Assembly: GCA_002269645.1 (NCBI GenBank)
Contig: NIVC01005092.1
Span: forward strand, 1-26,447
Source of the DNA: Macrostomum lignano
Lineage: Eukaryota
Direction of reading: 5' to 3'
Length of the DNA: 26,447 nucleotides
In this document: piece after piece, positions 1 to 8,073 of the stretch
How the letters are laid out: every line of letters starts with the position of its first letter
Numbering within the stretch: position 1 is the stretch's first letter
Notes under the pieces: generated by a model
Seen by the model: only the letters and a program-made list of their open reading frames with translations
Database searches by the model: none
What the model was told of the DNA's origin: nothing
Translations under genes and position numbers: made by a program

Positions 1-614
1 TTTTGTTGCATTTTTAAAATTCCAGCAACAAGAAGTAAGCCATCAGCAAGCAAGCATTCAATAGTACAAACATGTTTTCAGAGCAGTGCACACCCTTTGG
101 AAAATTAGCTCATCTTTTGACGTTAAATTTGTCCCTGCATATTTAAACAAATTACCATGACAACAATCGTTGTTCCGGTGTTGCGTAAAACTCCTTTAAA
201 AAGCTATTCAAAAAAGCCATAGGAGTTAACTTATCAGTTTTAGTTCCATTTAAGTAAAGATTATCTCAACAAATTTATCAAAAAAGTAAAAATAAACACA
301 CAAAATATCATTTTTAGTTAATTTATACAGCTCTGACGCAAATTCATGTATAATAAGCAATATTACCAGCACACAAAATGTTTATATAATTTTGTATTTA
401 GCCGCTTAAAATATAACAGAGCGACGATTTGAAGAAAGCCATACGTATTGTAACTGTGTTTTGGCTTCTGCGGTTGGATTAAAGATCATACGCTTTAAAT
501 CTCAGTCCTCAAAAAACTAAATTGTTAGTCTCATAAATATTGGCGCCGATAAATTACAGTAAAAAGAAACAGCGCTTTCTGTTTTACGGTACACTTTTTC
601 TCAAAACTAAATAT

Positions 615-1753
615 TTAGTCTGAGTCACTGGAACCGGAACCGCCATCTGATTTTGAATTTGGCTTTGATGCCGACTTCCGAGAGCCTGATTTGAAGCTAC
701 GACCAGATGACTTCCTAGATCCGTCATCTCGAGACTTGGCAGACTGTCTTTTAATTTTTAACTTGATGCTGACCATGAGCGTCCTTCTGTTTCACATCGG
801 CCTGTACTTGATTTCGCTTCTGTGAATCATCCCCAGCATTGAATTGAAGTTGGATGCCACCTGAGGCATGCGATTTCTCATCCGATTGCTGATTTGCTGG
901 TACCACCACTGGCTGTTCAACTTGCACAGCACCTGGCTGTACAGAAACAAGAACACCTGCTGGTTGCCCAGCGGTACTACATGTGGTTCCTGACTTTGCG
1001 GTGCTTCAACTGGTTTTTCCTCAAGATGTGGATCTTTTCAGCTGGTGATGGTTCTTCAGCTGGTGGTTCTTTTTCAGCTGGTGATGGTTCTTCAGCTGGT
1101 GGTTCTTCGGCTGGTGGTTCTTCAGCTGGTGGTTCTTCGGCTGGTGGTTCTTCGGCTGGTGGTTCTTCGGCTGGTGGTTCTTCAGCTGGTGGTTCTTCGG
1201 CTGGTGGTTCTTCAGGTGGTGATGGTTCTTCAGCTGGTGGTTCTTCGTCTGGTGGTTCTTCAGGTTGTGATGGTTCTTCAGCTGGTTCTTCAGCTGGTGG
1301 TTCTTCAGCTGGTGATGGTTCTTCAGCTGGTGGTTCTTCGGCTGGTGGTTCTTCAGCTGGTGATGGTTCTTCAGCTGGTGGTTCTTCGGCTGGTGTCTCT
1401 TTAGCTGGTGGTTCTTCAGTGGCTGGCTCTTCGGCTGGTGGTTCTTCAGCTGGTGATGGTTCTTCAGATGGTGGTTCTTCAGCTGGTGGCTCTTCAGTGG
1501 TGGCTCTTCAGCAGCAGGTTCCTCAATGGGTGGTTCTTCTTCAGCTGATGGTTCCTCCACTGAAGCTTCACCTATAGTCGCGGCATCAGCTCCTTCAGCT
1601 CCACCAGACCTAGAGATTGTAACTGCAGCTGCTCCAGTCCCCTTCCATCCATTCCCGCGACTTTTCTCTTTGTCTGGTTGGTCTGGATGCTCAGGGTGCT
1701 CAGGATGTTCCGGTGTGCTGGATGCCTGCAAAAGAGCGTACTCGTACTTTAAA
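615..1753 (-). CDS. CaM-like gene exon 4: EEPPA repeat and Ser/Lys-rich tail (frameshifted in this sequence)
   Basis: Acceptor ttcttgtag|T is in phase with exon 3 (54-nt intron). Protein-like text continues across frames to ...SDGGSGSSDSD* (TAA 617-615). Confidence 0.6.
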
Positions 1754-3461
1754 CTACAAGAAAACCCATGGTCACTTTAAAAAAAATAAATTTCTATTTA
1801 ATCTCACCCTTTCCGTCGCATCTCTTCTTTCGTAGTCTGAATCAGCTGATTGATGTCAGTTAAAAGAATCGCGGCAAACTCTGAAGAGAAATCAATTGAA
1901 TGCACAAACTAGACCAGTCTATATTCTTACTCGAACTTTTATTTCGCGTACAAATGCAATGCAAGCAAGGTGTTCTTGCGCGCTAAAATTCACCTTCATA
2001 GTCGATACGGCCGTCTCCGTTTTTGTCCACAGCGCTGAGCAGTTCGTCGAACTCCTCCTCGGAAAGCTCCACGGACCCCATGCTGTAGATGGCGTCGCGC
2101 AGCTCCTCCCGGTCCAAGTAGCCGCTCTGGTCTTTGTCAAACACCTGGAAGCTGCTCACCAGCTGCTGGCGCACGTCCGCCTCCGGCTTGCAAAGACGCG
2201 ACATCAGCGAGGCGAATTCTACAAAGTCCATGCTGCCGCTGGCGTCCGTGTCGCTCTCCGACAGCATCTGCTGGATTTCCTCCTGGCTTTCCGGTGCCTG
2301 GTGGAAGTCATGGATTGTTGACGTTAGTTGGTCGGGTTTTCGGGGACAACTTCAGACAGAAGAGAGAGAATTACTAATATCCGTAACCTGAGCACACACG
2401 CACACGCTAGGCTAAGAAGATTAGGTAAGCTCCAACTGCACTCTCACCTGGCCTGAAACCTGCAGACAGCTGTAAAGCTCTCCGGCATCGATGCTGTTGG
2501 ATCCATCCGCGTCGAATAGCTTGAATGTGCGATAGTACTTCTTCGCTTCCTCCGCCGACACGCCCGCTGCTGAAAGAGCCTCGTGGTAGTGCTCCGGCAC
2601 CTCAAATCTGTCCGTCCCTTCCTGGTGGCGGCCGGAGCCTGCTCTGCTGCCGCTTGCCTTGCTGCCGTCCCTGCCACCTTCTCTGTAACCCTTTTTTCGA
2701 TTGGCGCTTCCCTTCCGACTGTCTCCGTCACCGAATTTTTCTCTTGCGCTGCCTTTCCTGCTGCCTCCTCTGCCTTGTCCGTCACCGTTTTGCTCTCTTG
2801 CGCTGACTTTCCTGCTGCCTCCTCTGCCTTGTCCGTCACCGTTTTGCTCTCTTGCGCTGACTTTCCTGATGCCTTTCTTCCCGTCACCTTTCTCACCTGC
2901 TTCTTCAGCTGCTACTTCGGCTGCTTCACCTGCTTCTTCGGCTGCTTCTTCAGCTGCCTCACCTGCTTCTTCGGCTGCTTCCTCGATTGCTTCTTCGGCT
3001 GCTTCACCTGCTTCTTCAGCTGCTTCTTCGGCTGCTTCACCTGCTTCTTCAGCTGCTTCTTCGGCTGCTTCTTCGGCTGCTTCTTCGGCTGCTTCACCTG
3101 CTTCTTCAGCTGCTTCTTCGGCTGCTTCACCTGCTTCTTCAGCTGCTTCTTCGGCTGCTTCTTCGGCTGCTTCACCTGCTTCTTCAGCTGCTTCTTCGGC
3201 TGCTTCACCTGCTTCTTCAGCTGCTTCTTCGGCTGCTTCACCTGCTTCTTCACCTGCTTCTTCAGCTGCTTCTTCGGCTGCTTCTTCGGCTGCTTCACCT
3301 GCTTCTTCAGCTGCTTCTTCGGCTGCTTCACCTGCTTCTTCGGCTGCTTCACCTGCTTCTTCAGCTGCTTCTTCGGCTGCTTCTTCGGCTGCTTCTTCGA
3401 CTGCTTTTTCAACTGCTTCGTAAGCTGTTTCTTGAGCAGCTTCCACAGCTTCTCCGTCCAT
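615..3461 (-). CDS. Calmodulin-like 4-EF-hand protein with acidic N- and C-terminal repeat domains (about 843 aa if frameshifts are corrected)
   Basis: Exons 3461-2448, 2297-1994, 1880-1808 and 1753-615, all with GT..AG introns and compatible phases (0,1,2). EF loops DADGSNSIDAGE, DTDASGSMDFVE, DKDQSGYLDREE and DKNGDGRIDYEE. The phase-1 intron in YE|E matches the calmodulin intron position. ATG is in AAAATGG context with an in-frame TAA just upstream. The last exon needs 4 single-base corrections. Confidence 0.85.
1040..1500 (-). repeat. Coding repeat GCTGAAGAACCACCA (AEEPP)n
   Basis: Tandem 15/18-nt units seen directly. Confidence 0.95.
1808..1880 (-). CDS. CaM-like gene exon 3
   Basis: Acceptor ttctcttcag|AG completes the EF4 exit helix (EFAAILLTDINQLIQTTKEEMRRK); donor GG|GTGAGA. 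Confidence 0.8.
1994..2297 (-). CDS. CaM-like gene exon 2: EF-hands 2-4
   Basis: Acceptor ttccaccag|GCA; reads APESQEEIQQMLSESDTDASGSMDFVEF...DKNGDGRIDYE; donor G|GTGAAT. Confidence 0.92.
2448..3461 (-). CDS. CaM-like gene exon 1: (EEAAEEAG)n repeat, basic RKxS region, EF-hand 1
   Basis: Open ORF 3461-2421; donor CAG|GTGAGA at 2448/2447. Confidence 0.9.
2890..3410 (-). repeat. Coding repeat (GCT/GCC/GGT)GAA(GAA)GCA (AEEA/GEA)n
   Basis: Tandem 9/12-nt units seen directly. Confidence 0.95.
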
Positions 3462-4073
3462 TTTGCCCAGTTATATGTTGACCTTGATTCGCAAGTGACT
3501 TATTCAAAAGCCTCGCCGCTAGCTTTCAGTTAAATCTACTCGAAACAGTATCTCGTTTCGGTGAAGTTTTTTGCGCAAAGTTGAGCTTCCTAAGGCAAAA
3601 ATACTCTAAGACTAAGAGTAAGAGATAGAAAGGTGTAGAAAAAGATCGGAGAGAGACCCGTTGCTAAGTAGACATTTTCATTTTCTATAGAGTGCCTTAA
3701 CAGTCTGCCCGCCGAATAGCAGTGCAGCAGCTCTTGTGCAATGCGTTCGCCCTCAGCTGCCGCCAGTGTGCCACTTGCAGAGCAAGAGCGAAGTGAGAAA
3801 TTGCTAGCAGTAGCTTAGCACTTTGGCCAGTAGGGAGCCCCGTCAACTGTGCCACAGTTCTGACACTAGGGGGAAAGACAGACAATCAGAGCCTGCACTA
3901 CCTTCGCGCTGAGCTGTCGGCGCGCAGCTTGGCAGTTTTTAGTGCAATTATCATTTTCTAGAGCTTTTAACAATGCGGCGTTCTTATTTAGCATCACAAT
4001 GTACGGTGTAAGCAACTTCATACGAGCGTAAGTTGTTGAGCATGAGTCCAAGTTACTCGTGATTATTCCAAAT

Positions 4074-4787
4074 TCACTGCTGATTGCCTCGACGATTCCT
4101 ACTACGCAACGCTGCTGGCAGCGCTGGAAGGCCGACAGTTTCCATCGGCAGGTCCGCGATAACCGCGAAGGGGGCGGTGGTCACTTCGCCGAGGCCGCAG
4201 CTGTAGCGCGAGTAGAGCTGCTGACGGATTCTCGGTCCGGTGCGGCTGAACAGCTCCCAGCCGGTGAGCTGCTGCTGTTGCTGGGGCTTCGCAATCCGGA
4301 CAGATGAGTCATCTCTCTGTTGCGCCGCCTGCACCACGCGGCCCAGGTTCTGCCGCAGCAGATGCCAGCGCCGGCGGGCTCGAAGCTGCTGATACCTGAG
4401 CTGCTGCTACTGCTGCGCTCCGGGACTCTTCTTAACGCTGAAGGTCTCCGTGCCATCCGGACCCGTCGATGCCGTCGCCGCCGTCGCCGCTGCCTCCGGC
4501 GCCTCTGCAGTCTCCTGCCGCTTGGCCCGCAGGCGAGTTTCAATCAGAGCGCGTCGAAAATTCCGGCTAAAGTTCTGCCAGAGGACGCTGCCGCCGGTGC
4601 CGACGCCGCTGCCCGCCGCTCCGAAATCCTCCGACGGTTTACTAATCCCATCGTCTATGGCCGAGCTCTGCTGCTGTTCCGGCAGCTCTAGCAGCCGATG
4701 CAGTTGGTGGTGCTGCCGCCTCCAATGATGATTCGGCTTCGATCTGCCATGCCCAGCAGAGCTCAGCCGCAGATGCTGCTGTTGCAT
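4074..4787 (-). pseudogene. Unknown Gln/Arg-rich protein ORF interrupted by one in-frame TAG (nonsense allele, pseudogene or read-through)
   Basis: ORFs 4931-4407 and 4337-4074 are in the same frame and separated only by TAG at 4409-4407 inside a CAG run. Codons are GC-rich and coding-like; ATG at 4787; acceptor-like ...cttgccgcag| at 4802. Confidence 0.6.
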
Positions 4788-5429
4788 GCTGGCTATGGAC
4801 ACTGCGGCAAGCCGAGAACGCGATGAAAGATTAATCTGGCTGGCGAGTTGAATAAGCGCTGGCGCGCAGGTACATGTACCGCTTATTACTGTACAAACTC
4901 TGACATTATCGCTGCAGATGACGCTTCTCACAATCGCGAATGCATGTATTTATCGATGGAAGGAATAGCTAAGTTAAAATATATGTGCTAACCATAATAT
5001 GTGTATACACAGAAATATATATTGTATCAATTGTACTGAATGTTGCTATAGAAACGCCAGCTCACGGTGCGTTTGTTGCATGGGCGCGCGTGTAGCAAAT
5101 GAAAAACCTGACACAGGTGTGAGAGATTATTAATTACAGCGGACTGCAAACTTACGTGACCTGCGACCCGCTGCATGTGCAAGCATTGCAGGCATTAAAT
5201 ATTAACAGACAAAGGATTACAGTTGGAAGGCTGGTTGGTGAGTTCCGCATGCGCAGACTAATTCGTACATAGCTGGACGCCATGTGTAGATGAGAAGATG
5301 ATGAGAAGTCATGGATAATGCGACTCAGGGCAGGCGGATGCAGGAATTAACGGCTTAGATCAGATCTCGGCCCGGATTTGAGAATTCTGCGGTGGAAACC
5401 CCCAAAAACACAGTCAGATATTCGGGATA

Positions 5430-6345
5430 CGGAGACTCAGGATTGTGAGATTCGGAAATTCAGGATTGTAGGATTCGGAAACTCGGGATTGTGGGATTCG
5501 GAAACTCGGGATTGTACTCGTAGGATTCGGAAACTCGGGATTGTAGGATTCGGAAACTCGGGATTGTAGGATTCGGAAACTCGGGATTGTAGGATTCGGA
5601 AACTCGGATTGTGGATTCGGAAATTCAGGATTGTAGGATTCGGAAATTCAGGATTGTAGGATTCGGAAATTCAGGATTGTAGGATTCGGAAATTCAGGAT
5701 TGTAGGATTCGGAAATTCAGGATTGTAGGATTCGGAAATTCAGGATTGTGGGATTCGGAAATTCAGGATTGTAGGATTCGGAAATTTAGGATTGTAGGAT
5801 TCGGAAATTCAGGATTGTAGGATTCGGAAATTCAGGATTGTGGGATTCGGAAATTCAGGATTGTGGGATTCGGAAATTCAGGATTTTAGGATTCGGAAAT
5901 TCAGGATTGTGGGATTTGGAAATTCAGAATTTTACATGTCTGATTCAGAAATTCTGGATTGCAGGATTCCGAAATTCATGATTGCAGTACTGCAGATTGC
6001 AGGATTGTAGGATTTGGAAATTCCGGATTTAGGATTCGGAAATTAAGGATCGTATAATTCGGAAATTCGGAATTGAATTCCAAAATTCAGGATTGCATTT
6101 GAAAATTCGGGATTGGATTCAGAAATTCAGGATTGGATTCGGAAATTCAGGATTGTAGGATCAGAAATTCGGGATTGTATAATTCGAAAATTCGGGGTGG
6201 ATTCCGAAATTCAGAATTGTAGGATTCGGAAATTAAGTATTATAGGATTCGGAAATTCGGGATTGTATAATTCGGAAATTTGGGATTGGATTCAGAAATG
6301 CAGGATAGGATTCAAGAATTCAGGATTGTGGGATTCCGAATTTCG
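5430..6345. repeat. 23-bp minisatellite GGATTCGGAAATTCAGGATTGTA, degenerating after ~5925
   Basis: Period 23 (e.g. cggaaattca at 5641 and 5664); intergenic. Confidence 0.95.
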
Positions 6346-6869
6346 GGAGCTACATGTGCTTCAGCCGGGATCTGTTTAAAGGGCCGGAAATAATAAAAAC
6401 GCCAGCCCAAACGAAACAAAATTCGAAACGGTACTTTCAATCCACAGAAGCGGCAGTTCGATCAGACTGGATAGCAAAAAGTGTATTGTGCTAGTATTAT
6501 ATAATATTTCTTACACATTGTTATTAAAGCATTCGATGAACAGCTCCAAGCGGTCAAAGTGTCTAATTAATATTAGCAAAACAACCAATTTTAATGATTT
6601 GGAAGTTGTTTAAAATGTTTATAGAGCCGAATATTGCAAACAGCGGAATACGGTAAATGCTCGGCAGGAACTTGCGCGGCTTTTCTAAGAAACAAAAAAC
6701 GGAATTAATGCGCAGCGAGCCTTTTTTGGTAGGGGAATAAACTCAAGTTTCCACAACACTGCATCACGGACAACTCTAAAGTACAGGGACGCTGCACTCG
6801 CAAGTCTAGCATTAGTTTCAAAAAATACATTTAACTTCAGATATGATCTCTAATCACCATTTTTTAAAC

Positions 6870-6875
6870 TTTATT
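6870..6875 (-). terminator. Candidate ACSL polyadenylation signal AATAAA
   Basis: First canonical minus-strand AATAAA that I found downstream of the ACSL stop (7933). Confidence 0.35.
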
Positions 6876-6906
6876 ATTTACTGAACTTCAATTGCGAGTT
6901 CGGAGG

Positions 6907-6914
6907 CTGAGTCC

Positions 6915-6947
<33 letters not shown>

Positions 6948-7693
6948 CCATCATGATCACCATCATCATCATCATCATCACCATGATCACCATCATCATG
7001 ATCATCATCACCATCATCATCATGATCATCATCACCATCATCATCATGATCACCATCATCATGATCATCATCACCATCATCATCATGATCACCATCATCA
7101 TGATCATCATCACCATCATCATCATGATCACCATCATCATGATCATCATCACCATCATCATCATGATCACCATCATCATCATGATCATCATTATCATTAT
7201 CACCATCATCATCATGATCATCATCACCATCATCATCATGATCACCATCATCATGATCATCATCACCATCATCATCATGATCACCATCATCATGATCATC
7301 ATCACCATCATCATCATGATCATCATCACCATGATCACCATGATCATGATCATCATCACCATCATCATCATGATCATCATCACCATCATCATCATGATCA
7401 CCATCATCATGATCATCATCACCATCATCATCATGATCACCATCATCATCATGATCATCATTATCATCATCACCATCATCACCATGATCACCATCATCAT
7501 GATCATCATCACCATCATCATCATGATCATCATCACCATCATCATCATGATCACCATCATCATGATCATCATCACCATCATCATCATGATCATCACCATC
7601 ATCATCATGATCATCACCATCATCATCATGATCATCACCATCATCATCATGATCATCACCATCATCATCATGATCATCACCATCATCATCATA
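6907..7693. repeat. (CAT)n-based trinucleotide array with GAT/CAC interruptions and ~39-bp higher-order structure
   Basis: Seen directly; the His-frame translation shows alternating DHHHH and DHHHHHHH units. Confidence 0.97.
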
Positions 7694-7783
7694 CTGTCGA
7701 ATGTTGCAGGATTTGTGAGTGCAGCGTCTTTCTCATCATCATACTGTCGAATGTTGCAGGATTTGTGAGTGCAGCGTCTTTCT
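7684..7783. repeat. Perfect 50-bp tandem duplication
   Basis: 7684-7733 is identical to 7734-7783 (catcatcatactgtcgaatg...gcgtctttct). Confidence 0.95.
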
Positions 7784-7932
7784 ACTTTGATTGTCCATCA
7801 ACTGCAAAAAATGACAGACTTTGCACGCTACTAACAGTAGAGTCAACAGGATATCTAGTGGGAAGTTTAGGGAGTTTTTAAATAATCTCCTCTGATTAAT
7901 GAGGCAATGGGGTGATCAGGCGACACGGCGCC

Positions 7933-8073
7933 TCACGGCTCCACCTCTGCGTACATGGCGTCGAAGGCGTCGGCGAACCGCTTGCGCAACTGCGGCCGCT
8001 TCAGCTTCATCGTGGGCGTCATCAGGTCGTTCTCGGCGCTGAAAGGCTCGGGGTGCAGCAGGATGGCCTTCAC
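7933..8073 (-). CDS. ACSL: ACSL exon 9 (terminal)
   Basis: Reads VKAILLHPEPFSAENDLMTPTMKLKRPQLRKRFADAFDAMYAEVEP*. Confidence 0.93.
   Translation of the reverse strand: MKAILLHPEPFSAENDLMTPTMKLKRPQLRKRFADAFDAMYAEVEP

Noticed and set aside
894-3533. Plus-strand ORFs (SAGG-, CFF- and LLLR-rich) over the CaM-like gene
   Set aside because: Antisense or alternative-frame shadows of the coding repeats.
3697-4051. Two short minus-strand ORFs between the TAG-split ORF and the CaM-like gene as additional exons
   Set aside because: No convincing splice sites linking them in frame and no motif support.
4407-4409. In-frame stop as selenocysteine recoding
   Set aside because: The codon is UAG rather than UGA and no SECIS was recognised.
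6892-7881. 329-aa poly-His/Asp ORF, plus Ile/Met-rich ORFs in other frames, as a metal-binding protein
   Set aside because: It starts at TTG with no ATG or splice acceptor. Several frames on both strands are open simply because the CAT/GAT/CAC triplets contain no stops, and it lies antisense to the likely ACSL 3'UTR.
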